Source of the DNA: Acidobacteriota bacterium
GTDB taxonomy: Bacteria; Acidobacteriota; Polarisedimenticolia; J045
Assembly (NCBI GenBank): GCA_046331425.1
Contig: JAXLQU010000002.1
Location: 6,398-70,397 of the forward strand
Length of the DNA: 64,000 nt
Direction of reading: 5' to 3'
A model generated the notes under the pieces. That model did no database searches and was not told the origin of the DNA. It saw nothing but the letters and a program-made list of their open reading frames with translations. The translations under genes were made by a program, and so were the position numbers. Below, piece by piece: positions 20,573-29,496 of the stretch (within the stretch, counting starts at the first letter, position 1; every line of letters starts with the position of its first letter).

Positions 20573-22531
20573 TCATCGCCCGATCACCACAACACGCCGC
20601 TCGTTGCGATACCACGCACCACTTCCCGCCGGCCCCAATCGCCAGATGCGCTGCAACGGCGTATCGCCGCTTACATGAAGATAGCCACCATGCTGCCCAC
20701 GCCGATGATGCGTCGGGCACAGCGCGTCGCCGTTGTCGTGATGATCACTCCGCGCCGCGCGAGCTTGATAGTGCCGGTGATGCCATTCGACCGCCGCGCT
20801 GTGCATCCCGGCGCCTCGCAGCGATGTCGTGAGCGCACAAACACCTCGGATCGCGACGCCGAGCGCTTCTCGGCCACGTCGTACGCTGCGCAGAACTCTT
20901 CCAATATCGCCAACAACCCCACCCCCGCCGGCAGTCGGCGCGACGCCGTGGAAACGTCGGGCAGCACGCCAAGACGGCAGATCTTCGTCGCCGATCGGCT
21001 GCGACCAGTCGCAGCTCGCCGCATCGAGGCTGAGACGTGTCGACGTGCTTCAATGCAACTCGAGAAATCGTTGGCCAATTCCACCGGCAAGCGCAGGCGC
21101 ATCATGCTCCCCGCCACCGACACCAACGCACCCTCGTCGCAGGCCGCGTGCCCCGCACGCTTCACAGCCGCCAACGTGTCGCCTCGGCCGCAGCGAAGCG
21201 AGGCCAGCCACGCTTCATCCGACATCGGCATCGGCGCTTCGGTTCGACCCTCCACCGCGCTGGCCCACAACAGCGCCCGTCTCATCGCGCAATCGCTTCA
21301 CCGTGCAGGCGCGCAGATGCGACACCCACAAAGCCTCGCACGATTCTTCGACGAATCCGCGGCCCAGAATCTGCAGCACCAGCAGCGCCTTCTCGAGCCC
21401 GAACGCTCCATCCAGATACGCTTGCTGCAAGAGCTTGCGCCCTCGCAACGCTCGCGCGACCCGCACGATCCTCGATGGTGGTGCGCCCCAACCCCAACCG
21501 GTTCTCGGCATACGATCCGATGCTCGCAAACCCAACTCGCGCAGCGCGCCGTTGTCGCTCATCTCTATCAACAATGCAGCGAGGTTGCATTCGATCGTGT
21601 CGGCCGCACCCGCCAGGCACTTCAGTTGCCACAGCACCTCGCTGTCGGTCCCGACGCCCGCGCGCGACATCACCGTATCGAGTAGCGCGAGCACTTCGAG
21701 CGCCATCGTCATCGCCGGAAGTTCCATCCCCGACGGCGGACTCTCCGGATCCGACGGAGGATCGACCGCCTGCAACCATGCTTGGAAAACGTCGGGGCTT
21801 GTCGCTGGCGAACTCTTCGGCAACCAGACTCTCGATGAACGAGACGACCGTGGCATCGCCCCCCTTCGATTCGGCGATACAGGTCGAGCGCGTTTTCGAA
21901 CGCAGCCCGCACCGCAGGCGGAACAGGAATGACCCACGACACCCGCGGCAGATCGTCGATGTCGTCCGCTTGCGAGCTAGCGCCTGCGGCCGTGAACTGA
22001 CAACTGCCATCAGAACGAATCGCCAGCTTCCAACGACTCGCGACTGGAACATTCTTTCCGGTCCGCCTCGGCAAGCATGTCATCGCCAATGACAACACCA
22101 ACCGTCGCACCGCCCGCGAGCTCTTCACGCCGATCGGATTCGCCAGCCATCGCCGCAACGGGGTCCCGCCTCACGCCGATCGTCACCACACCTCGTCGCA
22201 ACGGCTTGCTCCATTGCGACCAAGCGCGCCGATCGGCTCGCGATCGTCTGGCTCGCGGACCGACTCGCGCTTCACGCCGATCGGCATCCTCGCAGGCGAT
22301 CGTCGACGCAATGGGTTGGCTCGCATCTCCACCGCGCATCGCCACAACCAAGTCATCAGAACTCGCGAACTCATCACCAGCAATCGCCTGACCCTCGCGC
22401 ACCATCTCCCTCAACCGACCCACGCTCAACCGTCGCGCACGCTCGACCCACGCCGCGAAGCGTCGATTCCGTCGCCACCCGCCCCACCAACATCCCCTTG
22501 CACAACCCAATCGGCGCACCGCCATCGCCAC
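20573..22531 (-). pseudogene. Degenerate DUF222/HNH-endonuclease-like gene split over at least 3 frames
   Basis: Minus-strand fragments carry AAWVERARRLSVGRL (DUF222 N-terminal-like), a CEAPGC motif, then in another frame VEWHHRHYQARAARSDHHDNGDALCPTHHRRGQHGG (HNH core). The three track ORFs (21215..21937, 20671..21285, 20573..20806) overlap in different frames. Confidence 0.35.
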
Positions 22532-22949
22532 CCGTCACCGCCACGCGCAACCCCGGCAAGCGCTGAATCGCGTCATGCAAATCGGGCATGCCCGCGCAGC
22601 CACTGCCGGTGCGCTCCAGCTGCTCACGCGTGAAATCGTGCAACGACGACCCCGCACAGCGCCACAACTCCCCCTCGACAACCAGCGCACACACCTTCGA
22701 CAACGGCAACAACACCTGCACGATTGCACCGCAAGTCGAAGCGCAACGGCATCGCGATTCACAGCATCGAGCCATGGCGAGAGCACTGACAACTTGTTCG
22801 CACGCGAAATTGTTGTGGACACGCTGCACCCTTGAAGTGCTGTGAAGGTACCAACAAATCACACGAACAACAATCGAAAGTGCGCAATGAATGAACAAAT
22901 ATTCGGACGAGCGAGATGAGAGATACGTCACGCTGCGCAGGTGCATCTG

Positions 22950-23585
22950 ACGCCGTGCGCCTCGCGCTGCGTTCGACCCCGAGGCGCGCAATCGCTGGCC
23001 GCGGCGTGATCCTGCAAACACAATGTTGTCATTTGTCTGCGCAATGCTCTGCAAGGAGTGCACCGTTGCGCTGCTCGCGGCCGGACTGGATCCGCATTGG
23101 GGACCGATGCATCAACCACGACACGGCCGACCCGCGCTAGCACTTGATGTGATGGAGGCGTTTCGGCCGATCGTTGCCGACAGCGCAGTTGCGACCGTGA
23201 TCAACACTGGCGTTGTAGTTCCGGAAGGCTTCGTGATTGGTGTCAACAGTTGCGCACTGAAGCCGACGGGGCGCAAGCGATTCATCGAGGCGTATGAGGC
23301 GCGCCTCGACCAGATGGTCACACACCCGATGGTCAACTACCGATGTACGCGGCGGCAGGTGATCCGGCTGCAAGCGCGACTACTGGGGCGCCACCTGCGG
23401 GGCGATCTCGCCGTCTACCCAGGGATGACAACGCGACGAGCCGCCGCCGGTTTCTCGTGACGTACGACATCACCAAGGACAAGCTCCGCACCCAACTCCT
23501 CGAGCTGCTGCGGGGTGGGGTGATCGTGTCCAACACAGCGTGTTCATCTGCGAACTCACCGCACGCGAAAGGGCGCGGCTCGTAG
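22950..23585 (+). pseudogene. Decayed duplicate of the cas1 3' half plus cas2 5' half (adaptation-module remnant)
   Basis: About 93% nucleotide identity to 28540-29190. Cas1 fragment begins mid-domain (MLSFVCAMLCKECTVALLAAGLDP...). The cas2 start ATG is mutated to ACG. A 1-nt deletion (GGGGG to GGGG) frameshifts cas2. Homology breaks inside cas2 after NDIVNHEE. Confidence 0.85.
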
Positions 23586-23640
23586 CGCCGGGTGAACGAC
23601 ATCGTGAACCATGAGGAGAAGGCGGGTTCCGATCCCCTGA

Positions 23641-23676
23641 ATCTCCATGTTCGAAAGCACGCGACCCCATTGAAGC
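23641..23676 (+). repeat. Orphan degenerate CRISPR repeat preceded by a leader-tail fragment
   Basis: atctccatgttcgaaagcacgcgaccccattgaagc matches the array consensus at 32/36 positions. Upstream aaggcgggttccgatcccctga matches the leader end aaaaaaggcgggttactatgccctcc. Confidence 0.75.
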
Positions 23677-23939
23677 AGGATCCTGCAACACACGGAGGAA
23701 GTGCTCTGCGCGAGCCGCCGTTGTCGCGCACGCCGCCGCGTCATACACCCTCCAGGTCGTCTCCGGAGCGTCCGCAACTCGTCATAGAGCAAAGCCGGCT
23801 GGCCGGCAGCGACCCAACATCGTGGTTTCCAACAGTCACGGCCAAGGGTTGTGTTCACCCCAGCCCCAAGCTCCAATCCCTCTGAAGAAAATCTCCGGGG
23901 GTTCGCGATCGTTCGCGGGCAAACCCACAGGCGACACCA

Positions 23940-26699
23940 GTGACCCAGAAACGCAGCGCCGGTCCCACATCGACGACTCCGCCTTCGGGCCGAGGACGAG
24001 AGTGGATCGGCGGCCGATTCGTCTCTCCCATGCAAATCACAGGAGATGCAGAGCCGTATCGGCCCACATGCGTGGCGTGGATCGAGTTGCCTGAAGAGGT
24101 CGTGGTCGCGTTCGACCTTTGCCAACCTGACGATGCCTGTGAGGCGCTGGGCAAGGCACTGTTGCAGGCGATTCGGAATCCACTCGTAGGCCGACCACGC
24201 AAACCGCAGCGAATTCGCGTGGCCGACGAACACCTTGCCGTCGAGGCCAAGCGCGTGGTGGGCGAGCTCATCCCGGTGACGATCGCCGCAACACCGGAAC
24301 TGGAAGTGCTCGCAGCCGCGATGCTCGGATCGGTCATGAACGACTCTGCCGAGGAGTCCACCGAGGAGCCTGCGGGTTACTTGGGCGGCGGGCGTGTTTC
24401 GCACGACGCAGTGTCAGAACTGTTTGACGCAGCAGATGATCTCGGACTCGCCGCCCCTTGGACGATCGTGGGCGATCAGCAGTTACTCCGCCTCGATATC
24501 CCCGCACTGGGTGTCGAGGGGGCGTGTGTCTCAATCATCGGGGCACTCGGTCAGACTTTGGGTTTGTTGATTTTTCCTTCGCATGCTCGCTATGAGGCGT
24601 TCGAGAGAGTCGCAACACGGCCGCGGCGCAAATCGTCTCGCATCGATCTAGGCACGAGCTGGTTGTCCTTGACTCTGGTCTCTCGTGAGGAGTTACCGCA
24701 CGCATGCCGTCGCGAAATCATCGAGCACGGCTGGTCTCCGGCGGACGCAAGCCGTTTCCCTCAGGTCGAGCACTGGACTCGTGACGGCATTCTCGAGCCG
24801 CCGTCGGAGAGGGATGTTCGCATCGTATCCGCATGTGCAGCCTCGCTCTCTGCTTTCTTTTCGAGGAACCGAGAGGCGCTCGAGTCGGGAGACGTCGAGC
24901 CGATCTCTGAGTCGTACGACGATGGAACCGGCTTGATCGTTCGATTCACCATGCCCTATGAGGCGTTCTCGCTGTTCGATGACGCACATGCAGTTCCGGT
25001 CCCGAGTGAAGCGTCGCGGCGCTCGCGCAAGAGCCGCAACGATCGATGTCATTGCGGCAGTGGAAAAAAGTACAAGCTGTGTCATCGCGACGAGGATCGG
25101 TCACGAGCATCGGGAGTGATCAATTTTCCCGCCAGGCCAGTTTTCACTGGAGCGCAGACTCGCGCCTTGCCAGAGCCGCCACCCGGTTACGGTCGAGACG
25201 AAGTACCGGTGCGAGAAACGGGACCTATCGAGGTTCCGAAACCGGTTCCAACGCCAGGCCGCAATGACCGCTGTCCATGTGGGAGCGGCAAGAAATACAA
25301 GCACTGCTGCCTGCTCTCTTCCGAGACAACCGAGTTCAAGCGGCGCCAGGTCCATCGTGCAGCCGAGGAAGTCAGCGTCGCCGCCGCGAAGTTGATCACG
25401 CGGCTCGATGTTGCGGATCCTGTCCGAACGCAGGCTGAGGAATTCTGGGAGATCGCCTTGAACGTGGGGATCGACCTGGACGATAGCCCCGAACAGGCCT
25501 CGGTCTACGAGCTCATGGCGCCACTGTTTCTGTCGTGGCTGGTTTATTCGTTCCGGCCACTCGTCTTGCAGGAGGGGTCGAAACGCAGGCGTCGGCGCAA
25601 GACTGCCGCCGAGTTGTTGCTGCAGCAAGAGGGGAAGCGGTTGGACCCGCTACAGGCGAAGTATGCCCAGAGCGCACTAGCCAGTCCGCTTTCGTTCTGG
25701 ATCGTCGAGCAAATCACGCCAGGCACGTCGATCGAACTCAGAAGCGCCTTCACCAATGAGCGCACGCGCGTGACCGACACCCTTCTGAGTCAAGACGTTC
25801 GACGTGGTGAGGTGGTGTTTTCACGCGTGGTCGCGCTCGATGGGTTCGCCGTGGTAGACGGCTGCGCTGGTATGAGGATTACCCCTGACTATCTCCCCTG
25901 GATCCTCGACCTCAAGTACGAGATTCACACCCGCGAGGGGGGCTTGACGCTTGCGATTGCAGATCGGTACCTGCAACGGTCGCTCCGGTTGTACTTCCAG
26001 ATTTGCGCCGACGTCATCACACCACGCATGCCCATCATGCAGAACACAGATGGCGAACTGCTCGTACCGGTCGAGATGAGGTTTGACCTCACCATCCCGA
26101 TCGAGGAGGCGTTCGAGAAGCTCAAGACGCTTGCACTCGACATCGGATCGCTCGACGACCTCGCCAGCAACGAGATTCGGCGCGCACCGGACGGATCGAT
26201 TCGCGAGCTCACGCTGACCTGGGCCAAGCGCGGCAACAATATGCACAGTAGCTGGCAGAACACGTCGCTTGGATCGATCAGATTGAATCGAGGCAGCATC
26301 CACGCGGAGGTCAACTCGCATGAGCGTGCACGCCTCCTGCGTCATGAGATCGAGGCGCGGCTGGGTGAGGCCGTACGCCACAGGGCAAGCGGAATCCAGA
26401 GCCTCGAACGTGCGCTCCAAGACTCGATCGGTACGGAAGTTCCTGCAGCCGAACCAAGCGAGGATTTCGCCGAGGTGCTTCGCGAGATGAAGCGACAGCA
26501 CAGCGAGAGTTGGGTCGATCAGAAAATCCCGGCGCTCGGCAACCTGACTCCACGCGAGGCTATGCACGAACCGCGCGCCCGTGAGCGACTCGAGGCGTTG
26601 CTGATGGAATTCGAGTGGCGCACCGAGCGGTCCGGGTCCGACAGAACGGGATTCGATCTCGACTTGATCCGAGAGCGATTGGGATTGAATCCGTCTTGA
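23940..26699 (+). CDS. Large hypothetical protein with two SEC-C zinc-binding motifs and a DUF2384-like C-terminus (possibly PRiA4b-ORF3/IS1096 passenger-like)
   Basis: NDRCHCGSGKKYKLCH and NDRCPCGSGKKYKHCC (SEC-C signature). C-terminal ALGNLTPREAMHEPRARERLEALLMEFEW resembles the Xre/MbcA/ParS toxin-binding (DUF2384) fold. Family assignment from memory, not searched. Confidence 0.55.
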   Translation: MTQKRSAGPTSTTPPSGRGREWIGGRFVSPMQITGDAEPYRPTCVAWIELPEEVVVAFDLCQPDDACEALGKALLQAIRNPLVGRPRKPQRIRVADEHLAVEAKRVVGELIPVTIAATPELEVLAAAMLGSVMNDSAEESTEEPAGYLGGGRVSHDAVSELFDAADDLGLAAPWTIVGDQQLLRLDIPALGVEGACVSIIGALGQTLGLLIFPSHARYEAFERVATRPRRKSSRIDLGTSWLSLTLVSREELPHACRREIIEHGWSPADASRFPQVEHWTRDGILEPPSERDVRIVSACAASLSAFFSRNREALESGDVEPISESYDDGTGLIVRFTMPYEAFSLFDDAHAVPVPSEASRRSRKSRNDRCHCGSGKKYKLCHRDEDRSRASGVINFPARPVFTGAQTRALPEPPPGYGRDEVPVRETGPIEVPKPVPTPGRNDRCPCGSGKKYKHCCLLSSETTEFKRRQVHRAAEEVSVAAAKLITRLDVADPVRTQAEEFWEIALNVGIDLDDSPEQASVYELMAPLFLSWLVYSFRPLVLQEGSKRRRRRKTAAELLLQQEGKRLDPLQAKYAQSALASPLSFWIVEQITPGTSIELRSAFTNERTRVTDTLLSQDVRRGEVVFSRVVALDGFAVVDGCAGMRITPDYLPWILDLKYEIHTREGGLTLAIADRYLQRSLRLYFQICADVITPRMPIMQNTDGELLVPVEMRFDLTIPIEEAFEKLKTLALDIGSLDDLASNEIRRAPDGSIRELTLTWAKRGNNMHSSWQNTSLGSIRLNRGSIHAEVNSHERARLLRHEIEARLGEAVRHRASGIQSLERALQDSIGTEVPAAEPSEDFAEVLREMKRQHSESWVDQKIPALGNLTPREAMHEPRARERLEALLMEFEWRTERSGSDRTGFDLDLIRERLGLNPS

Positions 26700-26944
26700 T
26701 TGGTGGAAGCCCGTAGATGTGGTCCGAGACTTCGCGCGGCAGATGTGACTGGTCCGAGAAGCGGGTCGGTGAGTCCGAGCCGCGAGGCCTCGCGTGATTC
26801 GGCGAAGTCCTCGCCATTGCTAGCGCGATCGACGGCGACAACGATCTTCGTACAGCAGGGGAAGATCGCTTGACGTCGTCCCCAAAAACGCTACTAGCCT
26901 TAACTTGAAAGCCGGCCAGATGGACCGGCTTCTAGGAGGTTGGT

Positions 26945-27124
26945 ATGAAGCGATCGAAGTACACGACGCATCGCTCTCGGCATACCGCGCACCACGCGCC
27001 GCGCTTCATGCACTGCGCTCCAAGCCATCCGACCGCGATCACGATGGGGGTGAAAAGGGAAGTCCGACGCCGACTCTCGCTGCCGGCTTGGAACGAAGAT
27101 ACCTCGCGCGTCCAGAGCGGCTGA
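26945..27124 (+). CDS. Small basic His-rich ORF (59 aa) with canonical Shine-Dalgarno, upstream of cas4-cas1
   Basis: GGAGG then 6 nt then ATG. MKRSKYTTHRSRHTAHHAPRFMHCAPSHPTAITMGVKREVRRRLSLPAWNEDTSRVQSG. Below the track's length cutoff. No homology recognised. Confidence 0.2.
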   Translation: MKRSKYTTHRSRHTAHHAPRFMHCAPSHPTAITMGVKREVRRRLSLPAWNEDTSRVQSG

Positions 27125-27271
27125 GCTCGATTCACAACGTCAGGTCACGGACTCCAGACGCACCTCAGCCCTGCCACGCCTTGGCACCTCCAGGGGTCGA
27201 CCCCGTGCCACAAAGCGGCCAAGGCCCATATTCCGATAGGGGGACTTCACATCGCACCGGGGGGTGCTGCC

Positions 27272-29008
27272 ATGGCCACAGCTTCTGTCTCGAACCCGCT
27301 ACTGCCCGTCCGAATGCTGAATGAGTTCGCGTACTGCCCACGGCTCTTCTACCTGATGCACGTCGAGGGCCTCTGGGCCGACAACGAGTACACCGAGGAA
27401 GGGCGCAACGTGCATCGTCGGCTGGATCGCGCCGTCGACGGCGTGCTCGACGCACCGGTCAAACGGCGATCCAAGGCAGAGACCGCGGAGGCAGCGCCCG
27501 CCGCCGATCTAGCAACCGAAGGAGATGAAGAGCCCAAGATCGCTCGGAGCGTTTCTCTGGGAAGCGAGCGACTCGGAATCACCGGAAAGCTCGACCTTGT
27601 CGCCGTCGATGCCGGTGAGGCCGTGCCGGTGGACACGAAACGCGGCCCGGTGCCTGAGAACCCGGAGCGCAGTTGGGAGCCGGACCGCATCCAGATCATG
27701 GCTCAGGCACTGCTGCTTCGAGAACACGGCTTCAGTTGTAAGCGTGGCGTGCTGTACTACGCCGGCTCTCGGCGGCGAGTTGACGTTCCGCTGACACCCG
27801 AACTCGAGGCGCGAACGCTGAGCATCATCGAGGCTGCACGTACGGCAACGTACTCGCGCTCGCTGCCACCGCCACTGGTCGACAGCAAGAAGTGCCCTGG
27901 TTGCTCGCTCGTCGGGATCTGCCTGCCAGACGAGACCAACCTGCTGCGCAGCGTGCCGGCTGATCCCGCCGCTCCCGAAGTTCGCCGCATGTACCCCGCG
28001 CGTGCTGAGGCTCGGCCGCTGTATGTTCAGGAGCACGGTGCCACTGTCGGCAAGAGCGGCGAGAACATCATCGTTCGAAAGGAAGGGCAGAAACTCGCTG
28101 ACGTGAAGTTGAAGGACCTGGCCGAGCTCGTGATCTGCGGCAACGTCACCGTGAGCGAGCCCGCAATACACACGCTTTGCGAAGCCGGCGTCCCGATCGT
28201 TCACCTGAGTGGCGGGAATTGGTTCTACGGAATCACCAACGGGATTCAACTGCGCAATGCCTCCGACCGCGCCGCACAGTTCTCTGCTGCTGCCGATCCT
28301 GAGCGCTGCGAACGAATCGCCAAGGCGTTCGTTGCCGCGAAGATCACGAATCAACGAACAATGCTGCGACGAAACGGTGAAGGGATCCCCGAGAGCGTTT
28401 TCGCTGACTTGAAGCGCGTGGCAGACCAGTTGGATTCGTCGTCCACGCTGGGCGGAGTGCTTGGCGTGGAAGGCGCCGCGGCCGCGATCTATTTCGGGCA
28501 CTTTGGGAAAATGCTCAGGCCTCGCGCACAGACCATGGCGTTCGACTTCGAGGCCCGCAACCGTCGGCCGCCGCTGGATCCTGTAAACGCGATGTTGTCA
28601 TTTGCCTACGCAATGCTCTCGAAGGAATGCACCGTTGCGCTGCTCGCGGCCGGCCTGGACCCGTATTGGGGATTGATGCATCAACCACGACACGGCCGGC
28701 CCGCGCTAGCACTTGATTTGATGGAGGAGTTTCGGCCGATCGTTGCCGACAGCGCGGTTGTGACCGTGATCAACACTGGCGTTGTAATTCCGGAAGACTT
28801 CGTGATTGGTGTAAACAGTTGCGCGCTGAAGCCGACGGGGCGCAAGCGATTCATCGAGGCGTATGAAGCACGCCTCGACCAAATGGTCACACACCCGATC
28901 TTCAACTACCGATGTACGTGGCGGCAGGTGATCCGGCTGCAAGCGCGACTACTTGGGCGCCACCTGCGAGGTGATCTCCCGGTGTACCCAGGGATGACAA
29001 CACGATGA
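27272..29008 (+). CDS. cas4-cas1: Cas4-Cas1 fusion protein
   Basis: N-terminal Cas4 (LNEFAYCPRLFYLMHVEG; C-terminal cysteine cluster KKCPGCSLVGICLP). C-terminal Cas1 (MAFDFEARNRRPPLDPVNAMLSFAYAMLSKE...GRPALALDLMEEFRPIVADS). This fusion is a hallmark of subtype I-G/I-U. Confidence 0.9.
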   Translation: MATASVSNPLLPVRMLNEFAYCPRLFYLMHVEGLWADNEYTEEGRNVHRRLDRAVDGVLDAPVKRRSKAETAEAAPAADLATEGDEEPKIARSVSLGSERLGITGKLDLVAVDAGEAVPVDTKRGPVPENPERSWEPDRIQIMAQALLLREHGFSCKRGVLYYAGSRRRVDVPLTPELEARTLSIIEAARTATYSRSLPPPLVDSKKCPGCSLVGICLPDETNLLRSVPADPAAPEVRRMYPARAEARPLYVQEHGATVGKSGENIIVRKEGQKLADVKLKDLAELVICGNVTVSEPAIHTLCEAGVPIVHLSGGNWFYGITNGIQLRNASDRAAQFSAAADPERCERIAKAFVAAKITNQRTMLRRNGEGIPESVFADLKRVADQLDSSSTLGGVLGVEGAAAAIYFGHFGKMLRPRAQTMAFDFEARNRRPPLDPVNAMLSFAYAMLSKECTVALLAAGLDPYWGLMHQPRHGRPALALDLMEEFRPIVADSAVVTVINTGVVIPEDFVIGVNSCALKPTGRKRFIEAYEARLDQMVTHPIFNYRCTWRQVIRLQARLLGRHLRGDLPVYPGMTTR

Positions 29009-29295
29009 GCCGGCGCCGATTTCTCGTGACGTACGACATCACCAAGGACAAGGTCCGTACTCAACTCTTCAAGCTGCTGCGGGGGTGGGGTGATCATGTC
29101 CAATACAGCGTGTTCATCTGCGAACTCACCGCACGCGAAAGAGCGCGGCTCGTGGGCCGCGTGAACGACATCGTGAACCATGACGAGGACCAGGTGCTGT
29201 TTGTCGACTTGGGTCTGGCGGCGGAGGAGCCGGCGACGGTCGTGGACAGCATTGGACGTGCGTACGAGCCTCCGAGTCAGGCGCTTGTTGTGTGA
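29005..29295 (+). CDS. cas2: Cas2
   Basis: MSRRRFLVTYDITKDKVRTQLFKLLRGWGDHVQYSVFICELT. ATGA overlap with cas4-cas1. Confidence 0.9.
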   Translation: MSRRRFLVTYDITKDKVRTQLFKLLRGWGDHVQYSVFICELTARERARLVGRVNDIVNHDEDQVLFVDLGLAAEEPATVVDSIGRAYEPPSQALVV

Positions 29296-29496
29296 GAATC
29301 ACGGCCCGGGAGGCGTTGCGAGCGGCCTGGTGGTGGAGAAACTCCAGGAGCCGCCCGAGGTCTTTGAAAACACGAGGTTTAGCGGGCGCTGGTGGCGAGT
29401 TGACTCCCCGGATCGGCGACCGCTGTTGTTCGGGCGGAAAGCCGCTCGAAAACTGAAGTACAAGTGCCAGAAAAAAGGCGGGTTACTATGCCCTCC
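29296..29496 (+). promoter_or_regulatory. CRISPR leader
   Basis: Non-coding stretch between cas2 and the first repeat, ending in the A-rich CCAGAAAAAAGGCGGGTTACTATGCCCTCC. The degenerate terminal repeat lies at the opposite end of the array. Confidence 0.5.
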
